A DNA stretch of 64,000 bases, taken from contig OY762911.1 in NCBI GenBank assembly GCA_963666565.1, positions 224,001-288,000 of the forward strand, in the 5' to 3' direction. The stretch's first letter is position 1. Every line of letters starts with the position of its first letter. Origin of the DNA: Thermoanaerobaculia bacterium. Its GTDB lineage: Bacteria; Acidobacteriota; Thermoanaerobaculia; Multivoradales; Multivoraceae. A program made the translations under genes and the position numbers. The notes below the pieces were generated by a model, which saw only the letters and a program-made list of their open reading frames with translations, had not been told where the DNA came from and did no database searches. Below, piece after piece: positions 34,313 to 43,201 of the stretch.

Positions 34313-35698
34313 ATGACGTCCGATGTGAACGGCAACCCGCCGCTGCCTCCCGGCCCCAAGGGGCAGGGCTTCCAGAACATGCGCCGGCTGGCCGGAGACC
34401 TGAACGGCTTCATCGACTCGCTCCACGCCGACTATGGCGACATCGTCTCCTACGAAGTCCCCGGGGCGAAGTTCTGCGCCGTCTTCTCGGCCGAACTGAT
34501 GAAGGAGGTCATGGTCGACAAGGAGCCCATCCTGCCGCCGGCCTACCCCTGGATGCACTTCGACATCGTCAAGTCCCCCGGCTTGGCGAGATGGCGGGGC
34601 GCCGACCACAAGCGGCTCACCGGGCTCATCGTCGACGCTTTCAACGACGAGCGCATGGGCCCCGTGTGCGAGATGCTCGCGGAGCAGACGACGTCCCACC
34701 TCGACAGGTTCCGGCCCGGCGAGACGGTCGACGTCGTGGACGAGTTCGAGCGCCTGTCGTGGCGGGAGACGCTGACCGCCCTCTTCGGCGCCGACGGCGG
34801 CATGCGCCGCGAGATCGGCCGCCCCCTGCTCAAATCGGTCAAGATGGGCTTCATCGTCGAGGCGCTGCCGGCAAGAGGCCTGGTCGAGCGCCTGCCTCTG
34901 CCGTTCGTCCGGCGCGCGAACAAGGCGGCCAGGGAACTGGACGAACTGGCCTACGCCGCGATCGAGCGGGCCCGGGACCCCAACCATGCCGGCGAAGACG
35001 TCGTCTCCCACCTGGTCCGCAGCACGGAGGGAGGCGGCGCGGACTGGAACTACAAGAACGACCGGGAGATCCGCGACGAGGCGTACGCGCTCCTGTTCGG
35101 CGCCTACGAGCCGCCGGTCGTCGTGATCGTCAACGCCCTGCACTACCTGGCCCTGAACCCGGCCGCCCGCGAGGGACTCGAGCACGAGGCGGACACGCTC
35201 CTCGGCGACCGGCCGATCGCCGGCGCCGACTTGGAAGCGCTCCCCTACTCCCGGGCCGTGGCCCTCGAGTCCCTGAGGCTTCACCCGGTCGCAGAGCCCC
35301 TGGTGGGGCGCATCGCGCTGGAAGACACGACGCTCGGCGGCTACGCCGTTCCCAAGGGCACCCGGGTTCAGGTCTCTCCCCGCATCCTCCAGCGCCGCCC
35401 CGAGTACTGGGACGAGCCGAACGAGTTCCGGCCCGAGCGCTGGCTGGAGGACCCCCACAAGAGCGATCTGGGATGCCCGGCCCACCCCTTCCTGGGCTTC
35501 AACAAGGAGCCCCGCCACTGCCGCGGGGCGCGGTTCGCGACCGCGCTGATGGTCTGCGCGCTCGCCAGCATCGCACGGCGGTTCCGTTTCGAGCCGGTCG
35601 GCGACCCGCTGCCGAAGCGGGCGGGTACCGACTTCGGCGCCTTCCCGGGTCCGGTCCTGATGAAGGTCACCGAGAGGGTTCGGGAACAGGCGGCGTAG
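34313..35698 (+). CDS. Cytochrome P450 (3 of 3)
   Basis: LPPGP, ESLR, FRPERW, FNKEPRHCRG; GGAG RBS. Confidence 0.93.
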   Translation: MTSDVNGNPPLPPGPKGQGFQNMRRLAGDLNGFIDSLHADYGDIVSYEVPGAKFCAVFSAELMKEVMVDKEPILPPAYPWMHFDIVKSPGLARWRGADHKRLTGLIVDAFNDERMGPVCEMLAEQTTSHLDRFRPGETVDVVDEFERLSWRETLTALFGADGGMRREIGRPLLKSVKMGFIVEALPARGLVERLPLPFVRRANKAARELDELAYAAIERARDPNHAGEDVVSHLVRSTEGGGADWNYKNDREIRDEAYALLFGAYEPPVVVIVNALHYLALNPAAREGLEHEADTLLGDRPIAGADLEALPYSRAVALESLRLHPVAEPLVGRIALEDTTLGGYAVPKGTRVQVSPRILQRRPEYWDEPNEFRPERWLEDPHKSDLGCPAHPFLGFNKEPRHCRGARFATALMVCALASIARRFRFEPVGDPLPKRAGTDFGAFPGPVLMKVTERVREQAA

Positions 35699-35722
35699 CG
35701 GCACGCCGGACGGCGTCTCCGG

Positions 35723-36184
35723 CTACCGCGCCGCGGCGTGCTTCCGCTCCACGCGGCGCTTCAGTTCCCTTCCCACGGCACGATAGCTGCGCTTCATGTG
35801 GGCGCCGGAAAGCAGGTTGACCAAGGGAGAGAGCAGACCGGTCATCCGCTCCCTGCACCAGTAGTCGCAGCTCGTCTCGTCCACGGCATCCAGATGCTGC
35901 TCCCGTACTGCACTGAACAGCCACTTCGTGCCGAGGACGACGCCCCAGGCGATGAGCCCCCTGGGAGGAGGATCGAGTTCGTAGAGGGTCAACTTGATTC
36001 TGACCTTCGAAAGACCCGCGTCGAGCAGCGCGTGAACGGGCGAGCCGATCTCGAAGTCCGTCCGGGCTTCCGGCATGAACCGATTCCACTCTTCGTACTC
36101 CTCCAAGTTGAGGAGAACGCTCCAGGCAGCTTCGGCCGGCAGGCCGATCCGGATCGGGTCCGTCGAAAACTCGTTCCTGAACAC
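35723..36184 (-). CDS. SRPBCC (START/polyketide cyclase-like) domain protein
   Basis: [37 protein letters not shown]; GTG start with GGAGG upstream. Confidence 0.8.
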   Translation of the reverse strand: MFRNEFSTDPIRIGLPAEAAWSVLLNLEEYEEWNRFMPEARTDFEIGSPVHALLDAGLSKVRIKLTLYELDPPPRGLIAWGVVLGTKWLFSAVREQHLDAVDETSCDYWCRERMTGLLSPLVNLLSGAHMKRSYRAVGRELKRRVERKHAAAR

Positions 36185-36251
36185 GTCCGCGCTACCTCCC
36201 GCAGATGCGTAGAGAATGCACAAGCTACCACACTGATCGTGTATATTTCGT

Positions 36252-36395
36252 GTCGCTTCATGGTTATGTGTGGGCACGGAGTGAACTCGGGCGCCATGTC
36301 GAGTCCGCCGAGATGGAAGTAGATGGCGAGCCGGAAGTGCTCTCGATTTCGATAGCCGTGCGCTCTTCGTTTGATCTTCTGGATCGTCGCGTTGT
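36252..36395 (-). mobile_element. ISL3-family transposase C-terminal remnant with degenerate right end
   Basis: [32 protein letters not shown] resembles ISL3 transposase C-termini; followed by CCCACACATAACCATGAAGCGAC; locally AT-richer. Confidence 0.75.
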
Positions 36396-36406
36396 CGCTC
36401 AGCGCG

Positions 36407-37816
36407 TCAGTCCGTCGTTTGGGCCTCCGTGCCGAGCAGGAAGCGGTACAGCCTCAGGGCGAGTTCCGATTCGCCTTCCTCCAGGCGCCGCAGGCCGGAA
36501 GCGGTCAAGGTCGCCGTGCTGACGGGTTCGTCCGTGACGACCGCGGCGGCCGCGGCCGTCGTTCCGAGTGGTACGCGAGGCCCGAGCGCGTCGCCCGGTC
36601 CGAGTTGGCGAAGCCGCTCGCCGTCGGCGCTGAGGATTGAAGCCCGTCCCGCGGTGATCAAACGGACGACATCGCCCGACTCGTCGTCCGACGGCAGGGT
36701 CTCGCCCGCGGCGTACTCCCGGACATCCAGCCAGGCGCGAAGGTCGCGGATCAGGTCCTCGAAGAGCGCCTGCCGGTCGAGATGGCGCGCCATGTCGGCG
36801 CCGACCAGGTCGAGAAGCCGGGGCTCCTCGCTTCCCGCGCACTCACCCGAGTCATAGTCGGCGATCAGGCCGTCCTCGCAATGCTCCAGCGCTCTGTCGG
36901 CGTCAAGCACGAACAGCAGGTTGCCGAAGACGTGCGGCGGCAGGTTGCGCCGCAGTTCGCGGCCGAGCAGCTCGGGCGCGGCGGACGCGACCACCTGGCA
37001 GCCGGCGCGATGAGCGGCCACGGCGAAACGGCACAGGGCGCTGACGGTGGAAAAGTCGAGACCCGGCACCGCCGCGAAGTCGACCACAACGTGCGTCGGC
37101 CGGGGTTCGTCGCCAAGCGACCGCCTGAGGCGGTCCGCCAGCGGATAGCCAGCGCCGAAGAAGACGTACCCGCGGAGACGGAATCCCCGGACACGCGACC
37201 CCTTCGAGAAACCCGAAGATCATGATCGTCGCGAAGATCGCCAGGATGATCGAGTAGTCGCTCGGCGGCAGACGCTTGCGGACCTTGAGCAGCCACTGGT
37301 CGACCATCGCCAGGCCGGTGAACAGGAGCACGCCGCCCATGAGTCGAGCCGTACGCCCATCAACGACAACGCCACCAGGCAGGCGAGGCCGCCCGTTCCC
37401 GCGACGAAGCCGGCCGACACGGGGTAGGGAATGAACCGCACGAGGTTCGCGAGCCGGAAACGCGCGAGCAGCATCAGGCAGGCTGCCGCCGCAAACGAGC
37501 ACAGGACGATGGTCGCCACCATGGTCGGAAACAGCTCGTCGCCCGCGGCGGCGAGGGACCCGCCGATCGTCCCGAGAATGATGAGGGTCGCCGCGGCGGG
37601 CGCGGCGACGGCGCCGGGAAAGCCGCTGCGCAGCGCGGTCACGAGGCACGCGGCCGCGGTGCCGAACAGGATGAGGCCGATCCCCTGGGGAAGATACGGC
37701 GCCAACCGGCCCGAGAACACGAGGCCGGCGAACGCCGCCTCGCCGATGACGACGCCGACTCCGGAGACGAGTCCCACGCTCAGGACCGCAAACGCCTTGC
37801 TGGCCTGGGATTTCAC
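36407..37816 (-). pseudogene. SulP-family anion transporter with STAS and cNMP-binding domains, internally deleted and frameshifted
   Basis: RFIPYPVSAGFVAG (frame 1), GGVLLFTGL..FGFLEGV (frame 2), RGYVFFG..VDFAAVPGLDFS STAS and cNMP-like tail (frame 3); far shorter than an intact gene. Confidence 0.85.
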
Positions 37817-37831
37817 TTCGACCGGTCGCCC

Positions 37832-37874
37832 TTGCCGCAGAACGCGGAGCGGTGTATCTTACCTCTGCCTTACC
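37832..37874 (+). promoter_or_regulatory. Putative promoter/operator of the AbrB-VapC operon
   Basis: TTGCCG-17 nt-TATCTT, with two CTTACC repeats overlapping and following the -10. Confidence 0.55.
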
Positions 37875-37897
37875 CTCAACGGGAGGTCCAATCCGCG

Positions 37898-38173
37898 ATG
37901 TCCATACCCGAACCGCTGACCACCACCCTCTCGACCAAGGGGCAGGTCATCCTGCCCAAGCCCATCCGCCGGGCGCTGCGCTGGGTGGCCGGGACGCGCC
38001 TGGTCGTGGAGAACACGTCCGACGGCGTGTTGCTCAAGCCCGAGCCCGTGTTCCCCGAGACCCGGCCGGAGGACGTGTTCGGCAGCCTCGCCTACGGCGG
38101 CCCGCCGAAGTCGCTTCAGGAGATGGAGGCGGGCGTACTGGCCGAAGCCCGGCGACGGCATGAAGGCGATTGA
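37898..38173 (+). CDS. AbrB/MazE/SpoVT-family antitoxin
   Basis: TTLSTKGQVILPKPIRRAL, GVLLKP; GGAGG RBS; overlaps PIN toxin. Confidence 0.92.
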   Translation: MSIPEPLTTTLSTKGQVILPKPIRRALRWVAGTRLVVENTSDGVLLKPEPVFPETRPEDVFGSLAYGGPPKSLQEMEAGVLAEARRRHEGD

Positions 38174-38546
38174 CACCAACGTCGTCGTCCGCTACCTGAC
38201 CCGCGACGATCCGGAGCAAGTCGCGAGAGCGAGGGCCGCGGTAGACACCGGAAGCGTCTTCGTGAGCACGACGGTGCTAATGGAGACCGAGTGGGTCCTC
38301 CGCAGCGTGTACGGCTTTCGCCCCGGGGAGGTAGCGACAGCCCTGCGCGCCTTCTCGGGGCTGCCAAACATCTCGGTCGAGAGTCCGAAGCTGCTCGTCG
38401 AAGCGCTCGACCGAGCGGAAGAAGGCATGGACTTCGCGGACGCGCTGCACCTTGGCGCCGCCGGTCACTGCGAGGCCATGCTCACGTTCGACCGCCGCTT
38501 CATCGAAACGGCCAGGGACGCCGCACCCAGGGTCGCCGAGCCATGA
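38160..38546 (+). CDS. vapC: VapC/PIN-domain toxin
   Basis: AIDTNVVVRYL, ETEWVL, MDFADALHL, LTFD. Confidence 0.93.
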   Translation: MKAIDTNVVVRYLTRDDPEQVARARAAVDTGSVFVSTTVLMETEWVLRSVYGFRPGEVATALRAFSGLPNISVESPKLLVEALDRAEEGMDFADALHLGAAGHCEAMLTFDRRFIETARDAAPRVAEP

Positions 38547-38565
38547 TGTCCGCTGCCGAACTCCG

Positions 38566-39381
38566 CTACCCGTACCGCCCCTCGATGTAGTCCGCCGTCT
38601 GGCGGTTCGCCGGGTTCAGGAACATGGACGCCGTGTCGCTGTGCTCGACCATCTCGCCGAGCAACATGAAGACGCACTCCTCGCTGGCCCGGCGCGCCTG
38701 CGCCATGTTGTGGGTGACGATGAGGATCGTGTAGTCGCCGCGGAGCTTCCAGATCAACTCCTCGACCGCCTCCGTGCCGGCCGGGTCGAGGGCCGAGCAG
38801 GGCTCGTCCATCAGCAGGAGCCTCGGCTTGACCGGAAGCAGGCGGGCGATGCACAGCTTCTGCTGCTGTTCGAGCGAGAGCTCGGTGCCGCGGCGGTCGA
38901 GCGAGTCCTTCAGTTCGTCCCACAGGAGCACCTCGCGCAGCGCCTCCTCGACGATGCGGTCGCTCTCGACCCGGCTCGGCGCCCGGCCGTCCGGGAGGTG
39001 GACCCGGGTTCCGAACAGGACGTTGTCCCGCACCGACAGCGGCAGCGGATTGGGACGCTGGAAGACCATGCCCACCTGCTTGCGGAGCTGGGCGAGCTCG
39101 ACCGAGGGGTCGAGCACGTCGAGGCCCCAGAGCCGGATGCTGCCGGTCGTGCGCACGTAGCCCAGACGCTCGTTGATCCGGTTGACCGAGCGAAGCAGCG
39201 TCGTCTTGCCGCAGCCGGAAGGGCCGATCAGGGAGGTGATCGCGCCGGCCCGCACCCGCAGGTCGACGTCGAAGAGGGCCTGGAAGTCGCCGTACCAGAG
39301 GTTCAGCTTCTCGATCAGGATGGCCGCCGAAGCGTCGGCAGGCGCGGGCGCGAACTCCGCCGCCGGAGCCGACCCGGTCAT
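38566..39381 (-). CDS. pstB: Phosphate ABC transporter ATPase, copy with degenerate signature motif
   Basis: GPSGCGKT, VFQRPNP, LSLEQQQ, LMDEPCSALDP, VTHNMAQA, YIEGRYG. Confidence 0.95.
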   Translation of the reverse strand: MTGSAPAAEFAPAPADASAAILIEKLNLWYGDFQALFDVDLRVRAGAITSLIGPSGCGKTTLLRSVNRINERLGYVRTTGSIRLWGLDVLDPSVELAQLRKQVGMVFQRPNPLPLSVRDNVLFGTRVHLPDGRAPSRVESDRIVEEALREVLLWDELKDSLDRRGTELSLEQQQKLCIARLLPVKPRLLLMDEPCSALDPAGTEAVEELIWKLRGDYTILIVTHNMAQARRASEECVFMLLGEMVEHSDTASMFLNPANRQTADYIEGRYG

Positions 39382-40250
39382 CCGAACTTGCCCTCGACGT
39401 AGGCCGTCGTCCGCGGATCCCGGGCGCCGCCGTGGAACATCGTCTCCGTCCCGGTCACCTCGACCAGTTCGCCGGTCAGGAAGAAGGCGGTCCGCGAGGC
39501 CAGCCGCCGCGCCTGCTGAACGAGATTCGTGACCAGCACGATCGTCATCTCGGACTTGAGCTCCGCCAGCACCTCCTCGATCCGCATCGTCGTCACCGGA
39601 TCGACCGCGATCGAGAACTCGTCGAGCAGAAGGATGGACGGGTCCTGCGACAGGGCGCGGGCGATCGTAAGCCGCTGCTGCTGGCCGCCCGAGAGCAGGC
39701 TGCCCAGGGAATCGAGCCGGTCCTTCACCTCGTCCCAGAGCGCCGCCCGGCGGAGGCAACGTTCGACGATCGCGTCCAGGTCGGCCTTCCTCCGCGTGCC
39801 CCGCAGCCGGGACGACAACGCGACGTTGTCGTAGATGGAGAGCGGAAGGCCCACCGGCAGCGGGAAGACGACGCCGATCCGCCGCCGCAACGCGTACGGG
39901 TTGCGCCAACTGCGAACGTCCCGCCCCTCGACCCGCACGCTGCCGGACACCTCCATGCCCGCCGTCATCAGGTCCATCCGGTTGACGGCGCGCAGAAACG
40001 ACGTCTTGCCGCTGTTCGCCGGTCCGATGATGCCGAAGATCTCGTGCCTCGGCACCTGGAGCGTGACGCCCGCTAGCGCCTGCTTGCCGTTGTAGCGAAT
40101 CGCGAGATCCTCGACCTCGATCGCCCAGCCGGTAGCCTCGCTCGCCTCAGGCGCCTGCGCGCCGGAAACCGGGTGCGCCGGCGTCCCTGCCGGTCTCCCG
40201 CGCGAAGCGCCGGTTTCCTGACGTTCCGCCGCGCCGGCGGCGGCCGTCAC
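39378..40250 (-). CDS. pstB: Phosphate ABC transporter ATPase, copy with degenerate Q- and H-loops
   Basis: GPANSGKT, VFPLP, LSGGQQQ, LLDEF, VTNL, YVEGKFG; GTGA overlap with pstA stop. Confidence 0.93.
   Translation of the reverse strand: MTAAAGAAERQETGASRGRPAGTPAHPVSGAQAPEASEATGWAIEVEDLAIRYNGKQALAGVTLQVPRHEIFGIIGPANSGKTSFLRAVNRMDLMTAGMEVSGSVRVEGRDVRSWRNPYALRRRIGVVFPLPVGLPLSIYDNVALSSRLRGTRRKADLDAIVERCLRRAALWDEVKDRLDSLGSLLSGGQQQRLTIARALSQDPSILLLDEFSIAVDPVTTMRIEEVLAELKSEMTIVLVTNLVQQARRLASRTAFFLTGELVEVTGTETMFHGGARDPRTTAYVEGKFG
40170..40194 (+). repeat. REP-like element (type B hairpin) inside the pstB N-terminal extension
   Basis: CGGGTGC-GCCGGCG-TCCC-TGCCGGT, matching the copy at 58136. Confidence 0.65.
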
Positions 40251-41116
40251 CACTTCTTGCGGCCCCGCAGGTAGACGCGGAAGGCGATCGAGATCCCGTT
40301 CATCGCCAGCACCATGGAGATCAGGACCAGGGCGACGCCGAACGGCATGTGCTCCGGGACGTCCGGCACCTGGGTCGAGATGACGAACAGGTGCAGCGAC
40401 ATCGCCATCGTCTGGTCGAGTACTCCCTGCGGCAGGAAGGGAAGGAAGAACGCGGCCCCCGTGAACATGATCGGCGCCGTCTCGCCCGACGTGCGGGACA
40501 CCTCCAGGATGACCCCGGTCAGGATGCCGCTGATCGCGTTCGGCAGCACGATCTTGCGGATGGTCTGCCAGCGGGTGGCGCCCATGTTCCAGCACGCCTC
40601 GCGGAACGCGAGCGGCACGGTCTGGAGCGACTCCCGGGTGGCGACGATCACGACCGGCAGCGTCATGACCGCCAGGGTCAGACTGGCGGCCAGGATACTG
40701 GTGCCGAAGCGGAAGAAGATGACGAAGGCGCCGAGGCCGAACAGCGCGTGGACGATGGACGGCACGCCGGCGAGGTTGATGATCGCCAGGTTGATCGCCC
40801 GGGTGAGTCGGTTGTCCGGCGCGTACTCGCTCAGGTAGAGCGCCGCCGCCACGCCGACCGGCACCGAGGCGATCAGGGCGACGACAACCAGCCACACCGT
40901 GCCGACCAGTGCCGGCAGGATGCCGCCCGCCGTCATGTTGTCGAGCGGCTGGGTGAACAGGAACTCCCACGAGATGGCGGGGCCGCCGCGGACGATGAGA
41001 ACGCCGAGGATCAGGGCGACCGGCAGGATGAGCATGCAGGTCATCCACAGGAAGAGGAGCCGGAAGAGGCCCTCGACCTTCCGGTTGCGGCGGTTCTGTG
41101 CGGTCGCTTCGAACAT
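40247..41116 (-). CDS. pstA: Phosphate ABC transporter permease PstA
   Basis: YLSEY, NLAGVPSIVHALFG, GETAPIMFT. Confidence 0.96.
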   Translation of the reverse strand: MFEATAQNRRNRKVEGLFRLLFLWMTCMLILPVALILGVLIVRGGPAISWEFLFTQPLDNMTAGGILPALVGTVWLVVVALIASVPVGVAAALYLSEYAPDNRLTRAINLAIINLAGVPSIVHALFGLGAFVIFFRFGTSILAASLTLAVMTLPVVIVATRESLQTVPLAFREACWNMGATRWQTIRKIVLPNAISGILTGVILEVSRTSGETAPIMFTGAAFFLPFLPQGVLDQTMAMSLHLFVISTQVPDVPEHMPFGVALVLISMVLAMNGISIAFRVYLRGRKKW

Positions 41117-41125
41117 CGTGGCTCG

Positions 41126-42079
41126 CTACGGATTCGCGGAAGCGGCCGGCCGGCGGCCACGGCGGCGTTGCTTGCGCTGGCCGCCGCGCACGAACACGTC
41201 GGCCGCGAAGTTGATCGCGAAGGTGACCAGGAACAGGAAGATGCCGAGCGTGAAGAGCGCCTGGTAGTGGTCGGAACCGGCGGCCGTCTCGCCGAGTTCC
41301 GCGGCGATCGTCGCGGTCAGCGCCCGCACCGAGTCGAAGGGACTCGTCGGCAGGTTGATGGAGTGGCCGCTCGCCATCAGCACCGCCATCGTCTCGCCGA
41401 AGCCGCGGCCGACGCCGAGCAGCGTCGCCGCGACCAGACCGTTGCGCGCCGCCGGGAGCACGACCTTGAAGGTCACCTGCCAGCGGGTCGCCCCCATCGC
41501 TTCGGCGGCCTCGCGATAGGTGTCCGGAACGGCCTTCAGGGCGTCCTCCGCGATCGTCGTCATGATCGGCGCAGCCATCAGCCCCAGGATGACCCCGGCG
41601 TTCAGCACGTTCAGGCCGACCGGCACGTCGAAGACCCGGATGATCAGGGGGTTCATGATGGACAGCCCGATGAAGCCCCAGACCACGGACGGGATCGCGG
41701 CCAGGAGTTCGACCAGCACCTTCAGCGTCTCGCGCACGCGGCCCGTGGCGAACTCGCCGATGTAGATCGCGGCCCCGAGCGAGAACGGCACGGAGACGAC
41801 CATGGCGAGTCCGGTCACCGAAGCCGTGCCGGCGATCAGCGCGAGCGCGCCGTACGTCGGGTTGTGGCTCGACGTCGGCGTCCAGCGCGGCGAAGCGAAG
41901 AACTCGCGGAACTCGAAGCGATCGAACACGAAGCCGGCGCCTTCGCGGGTGATGAACACGAAGATGCCGGCGATGAAGACGATCGCCGACAGCCCGCCCG
42001 CCAGCACCAGGATCTGGACCGCGCGGTCGATCCACCACGCGGCATCCCGCCGGTCCGCGGCGTGCGCCAGTTCAGCCAA
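41126..42079 (-). CDS. pstC: Phosphate ABC transporter permease PstC
   Basis: ELLAAIPSVVWG, GRGFGETMAVLM, TATIAAELGE. Confidence 0.96.
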   Translation of the reverse strand: MAELAHAADRRDAAWWIDRAVQILVLAGGLSAIVFIAGIFVFITREGAGFVFDRFEFREFFASPRWTPTSSHNPTYGALALIAGTASVTGLAMVVSVPFSLGAAIYIGEFATGRVRETLKVLVELLAAIPSVVWGFIGLSIMNPLIIRVFDVPVGLNVLNAGVILGLMAAPIMTTIAEDALKAVPDTYREAAEAMGATRWQVTFKVVLPAARNGLVAATLLGVGRGFGETMAVLMASGHSINLPTSPFDSVRALTATIAAELGETAAGSDHYQALFTLGIFLFLVTFAINFAADVFVRGGQRKQRRRGRRPAASANP

Positions 42080-42154
42080 GCCGTCCGCCGGGAACTGGCG
42101 GCCCCGCCACGGGCTGCTGGAGACGCCGCGTCATTCCCGGAAGCCTGTTCCCGC

Positions 42155-43042
42155 TCAGGAACAGTCCACGTCGCCGCGCGGCGCGTAGCCCTTCTCGTAG
42201 ATGATGCACTGGCCCTCGTCGCTCAGCACCCAGTCGATGTACTCGCGAATCGCGCCCTCGGGCTCGCCCGCGGTGTACATGAACAGCGGACGCGCAATGG
42301 GATAGGAGCCGTCGATCGCGGACTCGACCGAGGGCGACACGCAGTCGCCGTCCTCGCCCTTCCGCACGCAGGGCATCTTCACGTGGTCCGTCGCGTAGGC
42401 GAAGCCGCTGTAGCCGATCGCGCAGGGCGTGTTCTCGACCAGGTCGACCACGTCCTTCGATCCGTGCATGTCGCGCGAGCCGAGCCGGAAGTCGCGCCGC
42501 TCGCCGAGCACCGCTTCACGGAAGTAGACGTAGGTGCCGGAGTTGTTCTGGCGGCTGACGCGGACGATCTCGTCGCTGCCGCAGCCCGGCACCTCGACGC
42601 CGTACTGACTCCAGGTGTCGATGTCACCACCCTCGCCGTAGAGCGCCGCCAACTGCTCCAGCGAGATCTCGTCCATCGGGTTGTCGGGATGGACGTACAC
42701 GGCCAGGGCGTCGTAGCCGACGACGAACTCGATCGGCTCGTTGCCGTTGCCGCGCGCCAGCTCGATCTCCGAGTCCTTCATCTTGCGGCTCGAGTTCGCG
42801 ACGTCGACCGTGCCGTTGATCATCGCCGCGATGCCGGTCCCGGACCCGCCGCCGGTCACCGCGACCGCCGTACCGGGCCTCAAAGCGGCGTACTCCTCGG
42901 CCCACGCCTGGGCCACGTTGACCAGGGTGTCGGAGCCCTTGTTCTGGATCACGTTGCGGGAACTCCCGCCGCCGCAGCCGGCAATCAGGGCGGCGGCGAG
43001 CCCCAGAACGCTCAAGGCGGAAGTGGGTTTCGCAGTTTCCAT
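42155..43042 (-). CDS. pstS: Phosphate ABC transporter substrate-binding lipoprotein PstS
   Basis: Lipobox LIAGC, KGSDT, GGGSGTG, SRQNNSGT, YPIARPL. Confidence 0.95.
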   Translation of the reverse strand: METAKPTSALSVLGLAAALIAGCGGGSSRNVIQNKGSDTLVNVAQAWAEEYAALRPGTAVAVTGGGSGTGIAAMINGTVDVANSSRKMKDSEIELARGNGNEPIEFVVGYDALAVYVHPDNPMDEISLEQLAALYGEGGDIDTWSQYGVEVPGCGSDEIVRVSRQNNSGTYVYFREAVLGERRDFRLGSRDMHGSKDVVDLVENTPCAIGYSGFAYATDHVKMPCVRKGEDGDCVSPSVESAIDGSYPIARPLFMYTAGEPEGAIREYIDWVLSDEGQCIIYEKGYAPRGDVDCS

Positions 43043-43106
43043 ATGGCTCGTGTTCCGTCGCAGTTCGAGGTTCCGGCCCACGCCTGCGGAGCGTAGCCGA
43101 CGGTTC

Positions 43107-43123
43107 GTGAACAAGCCGTAAAG
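43107..43123 (-). promoter_or_regulatory. Pho-box-like direct repeat upstream of pstS
   Basis: CTTTAC-N5-GTTCAC, 11-bp period, in an AT-richer patch. Confidence 0.6.
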
Positions 43124-43201
43124 ATCCGTTTACATAGAATCTGCGGCCTGCAGCGGCAGCGCGTCCCACACTGGGTGCGGCTCCGTTCCCTGCGCAGCCT
43201 C

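Noticed and set aside
30125-36184. Complete secondary-metabolite cluster around the P450s
   Set aside because: No PKS, NRPS, terpene synthase or convincing RiPP precursor visible nearby; only tailoring-type enzymes
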